Shown here piece by piece: positions 14,340 to 25,400 of a stretch of DNA of 64,000 nucleotides (positions are counted from its first letter, which is position 1; every line of letters starts with the position of its first letter). This DNA is from Guillardia theta CCMP2712 (lineage: Eukaryota > Protista > Cryptophyta). The notes beneath the pieces are model-generated. The model made no database searches and was not told where the DNA came from. It saw only the letters and a list, made by a program, of their open reading frames with translations. The position numbers were made by a program, and so were the translations under genes. Where the stretch lies: NCBI RefSeq assembly GCF_000315625.1, contig NW_005434598.1, positions 230,942-294,941 of the forward strand, given 5' to 3'.

Positions 14340-17300
14340 AACAGGAGGAGGAAAATATTAAGGTACTGATTCTGACTCCCAGGCAAAGTGAAAGATGCAA
14401 AGAGACAGTTTGCGCATCAAGTCAGTCTTTGGTCATGATCAGTCGCGACAAGAAGGTTGATTTGACATGACAGGTCCAACTTCGCCTGTCACTCGCGTGC
14501 AACCCGAACATTTCAGTCAAGGTGGGATCCACTACACGATCTTGTTGTGTTCCCTTCAGTGCAAGAATCAAAAAACTTGGGCCTTGTGATCAGCACCTGT
14601 GTGAAGTGATCAGCATCTGTGAAACAATTTTTCATAAGAGAAGTTTGGTTCTTCACAGATCCACTCTGTCTTCATGAGATTCTCAACGCAGTTCATTTTT
14701 AGTTTTGCTTCTGTCCTACACAGACAAATTGCTGTTCACTGTTGTTCCACACACCTTCGCTCGCTCTTTTCTTTGTTGAAGTGAGAGAAACAGAGAGATA
14801 GAGACAGAGAGACAGTGTGTTGTGTTTGTGTGTGTGTATCTTTGCCGCCAAGTACTCGCAATGCGATTTCCTGCTTACAAAGTCTAAATGAATCTCTGTA
14901 GGTTTTCAAGACTGGTCGACTTCAAATTGCAGGTTGCAAGGTGAGGAAAATCTGATGCTTCTGAATCCTTTGCCTATCACGCCCGAAACCTGTCTTTGCT
15001 GATGCAACCTATTGCTAAGGGAGGAATGACTTGTTTCTTGATATCTTGACATGTCGTTCCAGGACGAGGGCACTTGCAACAAGATCGTTCGGCACGTGCT
15101 CAACTGTTTGAATTCGTGAGTGAACATGTCACAACATCTGCTCCTCATGCCATACCTGCTCTCGATGTTGTATGCTCCGCATGACTTCTAAGATCACTCG
15201 GATCGCTCAGTGTGATTACAAGAATGTATTGCTTCGATGATGTGGAAGGAAGATGATGTTGAACTAATGATTGAGATTTGTTGTTCAAAAACTTTTTGTT
15301 TTTCCTCTATCTGTTTTTTTTTGTCTTCTTTTGATTGGTTTCTACTCTTTCCTGCATCTTCTGAGCTCGTTGACAGCATTCAAGCAACACCGCAAGGGGC
15401 GCGCGTGTTTGAACGGCACGTGTGTGAGCCTTCCGGTGAGTTGGTTGCCGGAGGCGAGCAGGGGAGAAAGTTGCAGGAATAGTAGAAAAGCGTGAAGGAG
15501 GGGAGAGAGAGGGAGGGCGAAGGAGGAGGAGGGCGGGAGAGGCGAGGAGGAGTTGATAGCCAAGGAGGCTAAAAACGTGTGCAGGCCAGCATGTCGCCAT
15601 TCATGGACCCATCGACTATGATGCAGTGGTAAGAGAGGAGAGGGGAGGGGAGGAAGAGGAAGGGGAGGGATGCTGAGGTCTAATATGCGGGTGAAGGTGA
15701 CGCCGGAGACCGTGAACATCAACTGTACCTTTGACGCGGGCTACTCGTTTGTTGGCTACACGCTTGACCCCCTCGCTCTGAAGGAGGTTGGAGATGCGCA
15801 CATGACGATGTCTTGTTATATCATCCTCTCTCCCTCCAAACAAGTGCAACAACACCATGACGAGTGTTTTACATGTGTTACATGTCTGATCATTATTCCT
15901 ACGGCTACTCTGTTGACTTTGGTCTGCAGATTGTTGAGCAACAGCAGTACTCGACTTGCGTCAAATCAGTGGAATACACTCCTGAAAAGAGGTATAAGAG
16001 GAATGATCGAATTTGTGGAGAGGAAGAGGGAAAGAGGAAGAGCTTGTGATAGAGATGATGATGATGACGTTGTCGTCGTTTGCAGTAGCAGTAGCAGTAG
16101 CAGTAGCAGTAGCAGTAGCAGTAGCAGTAGCAGTAGCAGTAGCAGTAGCAGTAGCAGTAGCAGTAGCAGTAGCAGTAGCAGTAGCAGTAGCAGTAGCAGT
16201 AGCAGTAGCAGTAGCAATAGCAGTAGCAGTAGCAGTAGCAATAGCAGTAGCGGTTGCTGTTGTTGTCCTTGAGCAGGAGGGAGGAGGAGCAGGAATAGGA
16301 GCAGGGGGAAGAGGAAGATGGAGGAGCAGGAGCAGGAGTAGGAGCAGGAGCAGGAGGATGGAGATGACGTCGACGATGACGATTGTCTCTTCCAGATATG
16401 CGGGTCTGAAGATTCTGTTTGTTCCTCCGCAAGCAAGCAACTCAACGGGTGAGGACGTGAGGGGATGATCTCGATACCTGACATGAACAAGATCCCAAGA
16501 ATAAGAGAGAAGTTTTCATCGGCATCTTCCCTTCCTCCAAGACCGTCATCACTGGTTAACCTCTCCCCTTCACACTCCTCTCCTCCTCATCATCATTATC
16601 ATCATCATCAGTATCATCATCATCATTGCTTCCATCCGTCCGCCCTCTTTCTTCTTCTCCTCTCTCTCATTTTGTTTTTTTCCTCTCAGGCGCAGTCAAC
16701 TGGGCAGAGGTAGACGACGCGTACGACTTCGCCTCTCGGCTTCTTCTACAGGTGAGGGGTGGAGAAGAAAGGAGGAGGGGGAGAGGGAGAGGGAGAAGAG
16801 GAGGGCAGATGGAGGGATCGAAGACGAGCAGATGCGGGGGGGGGCAGGGAGGATAGGAGGAGAGTGTAGAGAGCAGAGCAGAGCAAAGGAAGGGTGCTTG
16901 TGTTGTCTGATTTCATTGTAGAATTTTGAAGCGATAAGAAAGCCAATGGACGATGCGTCTGCTAGGAGAGCCAGACAGGTTCCTCTTTCTCCTTTCTTCC
17001 TCCCACCTCCTCCTCCCTCCCTTGCCCCTCATTGCGCTGACTTTCTCTCCCCCCCTCTCTCCCTCTTCTCCTCCTCCAACGTAACTTTTGTGTTGCTTGT
17101 TTCTTGAATTTTTCTCTCTGTTTCCTTTCTCTGCTTCGTCTCCTACTCATCCTGACAATCTCCTTCATTTTTGCAGCAGCAAAAGTACAACTGAAGAACA
17201 AAGAAACAATCAAATTGAAAGGGAAGTATATGTCAACAAACAGGGAGGAAGTAGGACAAGAAAGCAAGAAAGAGAAGGAAGACAAAGAAAACATGCCAGG

Positions 17301-17397
17301 AGAAGTCAGCATGTTTGTCGTCTACATGCATGCTGCGGTCATGGTGTCCTACTTGAATCAGACACGATGGTATCCGATAGAATGTTGTAAATTGTAA
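13270..17397 (+). CDS. Hypothetical multi-exon protein (boundaries approximate)
   Basis: Series of AG/GT-bounded open segments: VILVDTEDRSSDG, HVAIHGPIDYDAV, VTPETVNINCTFDAGYSFVGYTLDPLALKE, IVEQQQYSTCVKSVEYTPEK, YAGLKILFVPPQ, AVNWAEVDDAYDFASRLLLQ, NFEAIRKPMDDASARRARQ. No family recognised. Confidence 0.5.
16082..16251. repeat. (GCAGTA)n hexanucleotide microsatellite, intronic
   Basis: Direct reading. Confidence 0.95.
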
Positions 17398-17653
17398 TCG
17401 AAAGCAAAATTAAAGACAAGTGTAAATATCACCAACGGGGTTGAGAACAGCAACCAGCAGACCTTTACTCTTCTCTTCTCTAACGCAATCGCTTTCGCTC
17501 CCCTGTCTCTCTCTCAACATCCCCTTGTTCTCTCTCATTGGTCCCCCCTCCTCTCCTCCACCTTCCTTCCATCTCCTACTCCCCTCTCCTCTCCTCTACC
17601 CTCTCCTCTCCTCCCTTTGCTCGCCTCCCCTCCCCCCATCCTCCTCCTCCCAC

Positions 17654-18880
17654 TCAAGACGCTGAGAAGCTTCCTGAGCATGGGATCACACAAACAATTG
17701 CATCCTTCACCCATCTCGTCGTCTCCTTCATCTCAGGGTTGAACATCATCAGCGTCTTCACTGTCGTCCTGAACTTCATTGCGAGACTTTCAACCGTCTC
17801 CTGCTCCTTCATCCTGTACGACGACCCCACTCGCACTGCCAGCTCCTCCTCCACTATCACGTTCGGATCCGAGAGGACGGGGAAGAGCCGGGCTGCGTTG
17901 GCGTTCCATATGTGCCGCCATTGCGCTTCCATACCGCTCCTCCGCGCTAGCAGGAAGAGACTTTCTCCCTCCCGCAAACACACAACGCACTTCTCCACCT
18001 CCACCTTCACGCAGCTCGACACTGACCGCGTACTGGACTTGTCCTGGGCATGCGAGCAGAGCTCGAAGACGCTCCCTTCCTGCCCCTGCTGTGGCCTCCA
18101 GGACACGCATCTCTCGCAGGGAGGAGGAGCGAAGACTGCCGTGCCGGTGCTGGCAGCGAAGAGGGGAGAGAGCGAGGAGCTGGACGGGTCGGAAAGGTCG
18201 CTGGAGCAAGTCCCGTCCTCCGTGAAGGAAAGGTTGCTGAAGGAGAAGGAAATGTCGACGGAGTAGAGGTCCTTGACATCCTTAGCTCTAAAGCAAGCAC
18301 GGTACAGGCATCCGACGTTGGCCATGGCAGTCGCAACCCCTGAAGCGACGGGAAGGAAGGAGATATCGGGAGGCTCGACAACGAGCTCGAAGCATCCGCT
18401 CTCCCTCTCGCAAGCTGCCTCCTCCTCCAGACTCGCAAGGAAGCATGTCCGGTATGTCCCCACCTGGTCGCTCCTCGGCTCCCAGCGGAACCTCCTCGTC
18501 ACGGGGTTGCAGACTCCGTCTTGCCGCAAGCATCTCTGCTCTGAGAGTGACGCGCCATTAGGAATCCCCGGCTCCTCCAGCAGCAGGATGGAAGCGTTCC
18601 TGTCCTGCAACGGAATCTCCACAGTCGCATACACGTTCACCTCCACCATGGCGCCGACAACGACCGTTAGCCTCCCGCCCGTCATAAGCACTCGCTGCGG
18701 CCCTGGAACCGGTCGGCTCGCCAGCATGCCGCTGGGATCGGTGATAGTGCCGTGGACGCCGAGCATGGCCTCGAATGATCCCAAGGACACCTTGCAGGAG
18801 GAGGCAGCACATGGAGAAAGGCGATGACTTAGGAGGAGGAAGCAACAAGTGAAGACGGAGGACGATAATAGTGATCTCAT
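17654..18880 (-). CDS. Secreted cysteine-rich protein with Ig-like repeats and two C-terminal LysM domains (intronless, 408 aa)
   Basis: Hydrophobic N-terminal signal. Two similar modules (FRWEPRSDQVGTYRTCF; VSWRPQQGQEGSVFELCS). LysM-like CLREGESLFLLARRSG..WRHIWNANA and YRMKEQETVESLAMKFRTTVKTLMMFNP..VCVIP. Confidence 0.75.
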   Translation of the reverse strand: MRSLLSSSVFTCCFLLLSHRLSPCAASSCKVSLGSFEAMLGVHGTITDPSGMLASRPVPGPQRVLMTGGRLTVVVGAMVEVNVYATVEIPLQDRNASILLLEEPGIPNGASLSEQRCLRQDGVCNPVTRRFRWEPRSDQVGTYRTCFLASLEEEAACERESGCFELVVEPPDISFLPVASGVATAMANVGCLYRACFRAKDVKDLYSVDISFSFSNLSFTEDGTCSSDLSDPSSSSLSPLFAASTGTAVFAPPPCERCVSWRPQQGQEGSVFELCSHAQDKSSTRSVSSCVKVEVEKCVVCLREGESLFLLARRSGMEAQWRHIWNANAARLFPVLSDPNVIVEEELAVRVGSSYRMKEQETVESLAMKFRTTVKTLMMFNPEMKETTRWVKDAIVCVIPCSGSFSAS

Positions 18881-20129
18881 ATTTTCTCTTGCCTTGGTAT
18901 GAACACTGTTGAAGAGAAAATGATCAAAGTTTTCTAACTGTGATTCCGTTCAAACGGTTTCAAGCTGAGCTGCTCAGCGGCGGTCCACTGTAACTGAAAG
19001 TTCCTAAGACTACTGCTCAGTTGGTCTCCTTCATCACTTAGTACTCGCCCCGCGGTAGTGTCCTAGCCTAGTAGTCTCTTTCCTAGAGAGAGGTATCCGA
19101 CTGTTCCTCAGCCTCCTTCCTCGTTGTTCTCACCGCGAACCCTCAGCAGTCACTCACTCAGTCAGTAGTAGAGCAGAGCAGTGGGTCATGTCAAACTTGT
19201 CAATTCAATGATTAGCCGCTCAACTGAAAGCACGCCCCCCCCCTCCGTTCGCCGGGCCCGATTCATCTGTGCGGCTGACTGAGTGCCGCGTGCCGCTGAG
19301 TCACGGGCCAGGATCAGTCACTGCCTCCGGCATCTCACGACTCAGAGTCCCTCCGGGCCCCCGGTGGCGGCCCAGTCACTCGGATCTGCTCCGTCGCCGG
19401 ATCCGATCGGATCGCCCGGCCCGGCCCGTCATGGTCACCACTAGTACGCCGGCAGCACTGACAGTCACTGAGTCACCCGTACGCCTCCTTCTCATCGCCC
19501 TCATATCCATCAGGTTATCCACCCTACCTTGCAGGTTCGTACCCCTAGGGAGACAAATTGCTAGAATAAATCAAATATTGTTCAAAAATGTAAGTGTAAT
19601 ATTGAAAATTAAATAGTATTTTCTGAGTATTAATTTATTTTTATGACCCCTGCCCTGAGAAAGGTTGAGCACCGCCTTGTTAGTACCCCACCCCCCTTCC
19701 CTTCCTGTACCCCTACCCCCTTTCCAAACAGTCACTACCACCGGGTTTGTGGGGGTACCTTGCTAGGCTCTTTCCTCGGGCATGGCCTAAAGGCGCTTCG
19801 AGGAGAGGAGAGGAAGAGGAGGAGAGAGGAGGAGGAGGAGGAGGAGGAGACCAAGAGGCGAGAGGAAAGAGATAGGGAAGAGGAGGAGGAGCAGATTGAG
19901 GAGAACACACGGGAGAATCCGAATCCGACGTACAAGGGACCTACGAGATCGTTTCTAGCAGCCTTTCCAATGCAATGACAGAATTTCTCTCCGATTGATC
20001 AGAAGGCAGTTGCGATTCTTTAGACTCAAGAACCCTTTCGCAAAGAACTTACTGGGCAAGTGGTCAACGGTGCTGATGTTGTGACATATGGCCGGACAAG
20101 ATTTGTTGCGTTTCTCTACAGCAAACATC

Positions 20130-22302
20130 ATGAATGAACTTTTTCTCCTTCTGCAAGTTTTGTTACTCATTGGAACTCAACTGGCAACGGTGGAGAGTTT
20201 TCTCACTGCAGCTCCTTCTCTCCACCCAGTTGCTCAACACTTCTTTCCTGCAGCGAAAGGACCATCCTCCGCTCACATGGTGTGTCGTGCGAACGTCGGG
20301 ACTCAGTTGGGCAACGGACAGTATGCTCGGGCTTTCCTTGCCTTCAAGTCTCATCGGAGTGCGATGGGACGATGGAGAATGGATGTATCGAAGTTGAAAC
20401 TGTCTGAAGGAGGAGGAGGAGGAGAGGAGGAAGACACTGACATCGACATGGAGGTCAAGATCTACACAGCGATCAGTAAGATCGATCGTTTAGAGTGGAA
20501 CAAGTGCTGCGAGGAGGCTGCAGGGAAGGGCAAGGAGAATCCCTTCCTCGCGTGGGAGTTTCTGAACGCCCTCGAGGAATCTGGATCGGCTTCAGGGGCT
20601 TCGGGCTGGGCCCCCCACCACCTTGTTGTGCATGACAAGCACAGCAGTCGCATCCTTGCTTGCGCTCCTGTGTACCTCAAGGGCCACAGCTATGGGGAGT
20701 ATGTGTTCGACCATTCCTGGGCTAGAGCATACAGGACGTTCTCCAGCGACAACTACTACCCGAAGCTGCAGTGCTGCGTGCCTTTCACTCCTGTGATGGG
20801 GCCGAGGCTGATGGCGAGGGGCGAGACGGAGGAGGAGGCAAGGAGAGCGAGGAGGGCGCTGGCTCGGGGGATGGTGGAACTGTGTAGTAAGTACGGGCTG
20901 AGCAGTGCGCATGTGACATTTCCCACCAAGGAAGACTGGGAGCTGATGGGCAGGCAAGGGTTCCTGCTGCGGACGGGGATACAGTACCACTGGAGGAACG
21001 AAGGGTACCAGAGTTTCGACGAGTTCCTGATGCGGCTGAAGCAGTCGAGGAGAAAGAGCATCAGGCAGGAGAGGAACAAGGTGGCGAAGGCGGGGGTGAG
21101 GGTGAAGGCTCTGACGGGAGAAGAGATTGAGGAGAGGCATTGGGATGCGTTCTATCAGTTCTACCTCAATACGGTAGATGAGAAATGGGGGCAGGCTTAC
21201 CTGAACCGAAAGTTCTTCACCCTGTTGGGAAGGGAAATGGCAAACAAGGTCTTGCTCGTGGTGGCGGAGGAGGAGGAGACTGGAGAGCTGGTGGCGGGAG
21301 CGCTGAACCTCATTGGAGGAGACTGCCTGTATGGCAGGAACTGGGGATGTAGCAAGAAGTACGACTCTTTGCACTTTGAGCTTTGCTACTACCAGGTTCT
21401 TCTCCTCTCCTCCTCTCCTCCTCCCCTCCTCCCCTCCTTTCCTCCTCCCCTCCTTTCCTCCTCCCCTCCTCTCCTCCTCTCCTCCTCTCCTTTGTTTCGA
21501 TTCGTCCTCAAGTTTTCTTTCCTTCCCTGCATTTCCCTTTTTCCTCTCCCCCCTTCCCCTCCCCTTCCGCCTCTCTTTCCACTCTGATCGCTACTCGTCG
21601 CCTCCTCCAGGCCATCGATGCCGCCATCCGCATGGGGCTTCAACGGGTGGAGGCAGGAGCGCAGGGGGAGCACAAGATTTCCCGCGGTTACCTCCCGACC
21701 TTCACTTACAGCGCTCACTTCATACGCGTTCCCAACTTTCGCAATGCTGTGAACCAAGCGCTGGTTCAGGTTCCTCCCTCTCCTCTCAACCCCTTCCCTC
21801 CTTCGAATCTTCCCTTCCCTTGCTCCATCTCTCCCCCCTTTTCTCAGTTGCTCCCTCCCTCCTCTCCCTCCCTCCCTTCTCCCTCCGTCCCCTCCCTCCT
21901 TCCCCTCCCCCCCTCCCTGCCTCCCTGCCTCCCTCCTTCCCATCCCTCCCTCCCTCCCTCCTTTCCGTCCTAGGACCTTATATGATCGTTTGCGGCAGGA
22001 AAGGGATCAGATCATTTATGCGTCTGCCATGCTCACACTGCAAGAGTCGCCATACAAGGTGAACCAACACCGCAGCTCATCCTCACCGTGCTGACTCTCC
22101 TTTCTCCCCTTCCTATCATCTTCTGCTGTTACTCCACCTCCACCTCCACCTCCATCCTCTGATTCTGTCCTCCTCACGCCTTGTCCTCCCCCCCTCCCTC
22201 TCACCCTTAGTTGTACTTCTACTTATCTGCTCCCTCGGATTTCAGGAAGGAGCCGAGCAGCATCTGGAGTCTCAAGGCATTCGCATTCAGAAATCTCAAT
22301 GA
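20130..22302 (+). CDS. FemAB-like / DUF482 GNAT-family protein with bipartite plastid-targeting leader (4 exons)
   Basis: NPFLAWEFLNALEESGS, YLKGHSYGEYVFDHSWA, YYPKLQCCVPFTPVMGPR, SSAHVTF, GIQYHWRN, LYGRNWG, LHFELCYYQ|AIDAAI..VEAGAQGEHKISRGYLP. Further exons at ~22001-22058 and 22246-22302. Leader MNELFLLLQVLLLIGTQLATVES-FL. Confidence 0.92.
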
Positions 22303-22477
22303 TCTTTTCATGTCGTCGTTGTATTTAAACAGCACAAAGAAATAAAGCAAATAAACAAATTACAATACATCCCCAGCAATCCTGTGTCTGCACTCCCTAC
22401 CCTTCCACCTTCTGTTTTTTCTTGTTGTCTATCGCACGCATGTCAGTCTTTCCAACCTTTCTCTCTCTTCAACTTAC

Positions 22478-25400
22478 TCATTCAACCCAGAAGGTTTCCA
22501 TGTCTCCCTTGCCTTTGATCTGCCGCACGCCTCGGCTGGTGATGCGAAACTCGCTCTCCCCTCCTTGACTCTTGAGGAGATCAGCAGAAAACTTGGAGCA
22601 GTGGATGCGGCCAGCCTATTAAAATCATCACGATCTACAGAATTGAGAGGCAACCAACACGGCAAGAAGGAGAAGGAACATACAAAGCAGGACAACGGGG
22701 ATCTTTTTGCCTACCTCGGAGTTTGACTCCATCCTAGAAGCTGTGTTCACTGTGTCTCCGAACAAGCAGTAGCGCAAGTTTCTGCTGCCTACCACGTTGG
22801 CCACGACAGGACCGGAGTGGAACCCGACACGGATCTGCACGTAGCCCTTGGAAGGATCGTCGCGGTCGATGAGGGTCTCGGACGCACACTGAACTGCGAG
22901 CTTTGCGAACTGAGCGATGCGGAGGGCGTGATCTTCCTTCTGATCCTCGACGAGGTTGGTCACTGCCATGTAGGCGTCGCCGATGGTCTCAACTTTGAAG
23001 ATCGCGTGGTCGTGTGTGATGTTATCGAATCGGGAGTAGAGACGGTCTAGCATGTCCGAGATCTTCTCAGGAGGGAGAGTCGAGCTGATGTCCGTGAAGC
23101 TGACGATGTCGGAGAAGAAGATGGTGACGCAGTCTCGGTGCTCGGGATACACCTTCTTGCCCGCCATGAGAGTGTCTGCAATGTGCTTTGGGAACACGTC
23201 GTAGAGCATCGAAGTCACTCCGTTGTTGCTGCCAAACTCAAACTTGCGGACGATCTCACAGACCTGAGCATGTTGAACCATCTCAGAAGCGTAGGGGAAG
23301 AACGGCTGCGCGCTCGCTGAGAACATGCTGCGAAGAGCCTTGCAGATCTCTTTGAACTGGATCTTCTCGTTACGGAACAAGGCACGCGAGGCTTCGTTGA
23401 AGTTGTCGGAGAGTCCGAAGTAGAAATCATCATTCAAGTACTCGGCAAAATCAAAGTCCTTCTCGATGGGAACTGGGATCACAGGCTTGCGTGTGCGGTA
23501 CGCGTGCACAATGTGCATGATGACCTGGGGGTTTGTGAGCGTGTTGTCTGTCAACAGTACAACAAAGTTCTGAGCATTCTCCATGTGGCGCAGGAGGGAA
23601 GACATCTGAGCTTCTTCCTCTTCAAAGTAGGTGAATCCACGAGCAAAAGGGATGATCTCGTCAAAGAGCAGCTTCAAGATCCTTGCTGTGGCCCTGCCGT
23701 CTCCCTGGTCGAAGACGAGGTAGTTGGAGTAGAGCGATGGAGTATCGGAGGAAGGCATGAAAGTCCTCACTGCATCAGGTGTTGAAAGCCTCAGCTTGTA
23801 CTCATTGGAGAAATCTCCGCAAGACAGCACGACATTCTTAGCCACGGCCTGCAGCTGAGACCACTGAGAAGCCTGTCGGGCGGACGGGTTGTAAACCATC
23901 CTTGGAAGCTCGAGGATCCACCTGATGACTGTCTCCACATCCTCAAAGGTCTTGTTCTGCTTGCAAGCTTGAGACACGTACACGAGTGTGTTCTCGTCGA
24001 CGTGAAGATCCAGGTACTCCCTGAGGTTCTCGTTGCTGACGTTGAAACCAGCCCCTTCAATCTCAACACTCAGAATCGGGATGTTCTTATCAATCGCTGT
24101 GAACAGCTCACACAGGATGCCAGCACGAAACAGCACAGACTCGCTGAGAAGCACAAGGACACTTTTGGACTTGGAGACGCGATCGAGAAGGCTAGACTGG
24201 CTCTCAGAGTTGTCACTCTCGAGGAAGACCCGTGGGTTGTAGAGCTTGCCCTTGTTGTCTGATTCATTCGAGACATCCTCCACTTGGACAAGTTTGTTCA
24301 GCATCAGCTTGATCAGACGAGCTGCCAGCCCAGACTCGTCCGTCCCGTGGCAAAGGAATGTCACATAAGGACAATTCGCGATCTCCTCTTGGAATTCGTT
24401 GAACAGAATACCATTGCCGGCGGATTTTACCGATTTTTCCAGAGCTAGATTCCTCTCGGCAAGCTCAGCAGCGTGGTCCATCAATCTGTTCTGAATCTGC
24501 ACGTGGATCTCATCTTGATACAGCTTGAGCTCCGTTGCAGTCTCAGGATGCAACGTCATCCACTTCCAGATCCTCTTGACTGTGCAAAGCTCGAGAAACT
24601 TTGAAGTCTTCGCTTCGTCTTCTTCTTCGCTCTCAACTTCTCGATGCGTCTTGAAACTGAGAGTAGCAACAAGATTCCTCAAGTCTGTCCACCTTCGCCA
24701 CGCGTTGTCTTCGTACTTCCTGTCTTTCTCCAAACTTGAGATCTGATCAATGACATCATCTGTTTTAGTGACTGACGCATATAGCGGAAAGATCTCTTGA
24801 CAATACTGATCTTGCTCAGCCTGCGTCCTCCCGCACGTGCAGTCCTCAAGCTGATGCACGCGGAAACCAAGCTCATGTGCAGCGCGTCCCGTGGAATCTA
24901 TGCAAACGCTCGTGACGGCTCCACAAAGAACAACATCCGTCACTCGCTCTCGCTTGAGAAGCTCCTCTAGACAAGTTCCTGCAAACGCGTTCAGCCCTCG
25001 CTTCCCCGGGATCTGGATGATTCTGTCGCCGAACTGCGTGATCTCTGGGATGGTCTCGCTGCCTTTGTCTCCCATCTTGAAGGCCTGCACGTCCTTGATG
25101 ACCTTGAGGATCCCGCTCGGCTCAAGGAGCTCGCTGTAGTCCTTGGTGAAGATGATCGGAGTCTCGATGAAGAGCACGCTTGTGTCCTTGAGGCTGTTGA
25201 TGATCTTGAGGGTGTTCCTTAGCACAGAGTCCGAGGATGCTTGGATGACCCCATGCAGCTTGCCATCCCTTCCGAAGTAATCTTTCTGGTATCCTATCAG
25301 CACAACGGCTGTGCGTGAAAACAGCGGCTGAGAACCAACCATGCTGTACGCTTTCTGCAAAAGAAGATCAGAACAAGGAATGGGGGAACATACACCCTCC

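Noticed and set aside
15905-16490. ORFs with poly-CY, poly-AT, poly-VA, poly-L; similar low-complexity ORFs at 655-1011, 3282-3785, 21313-22062, 47914-48253 and 58772-59064
   Set aside because: Translations of microsatellites and pyrimidine tracts, mostly intronic
17538-18848. Long overlapping/antisense ORFs over the LysM gene (likewise over IFT46, the GNAT gene, the cyclase and Sfi1)
   Set aside because: Shadow frames expected from GC-rich codon usage; no motifs
22478-23130. Calling the cyclase an adenylate cyclase
   Set aside because: Specificity positions are Glu and Cys (guanylate type), not Lys and Asp
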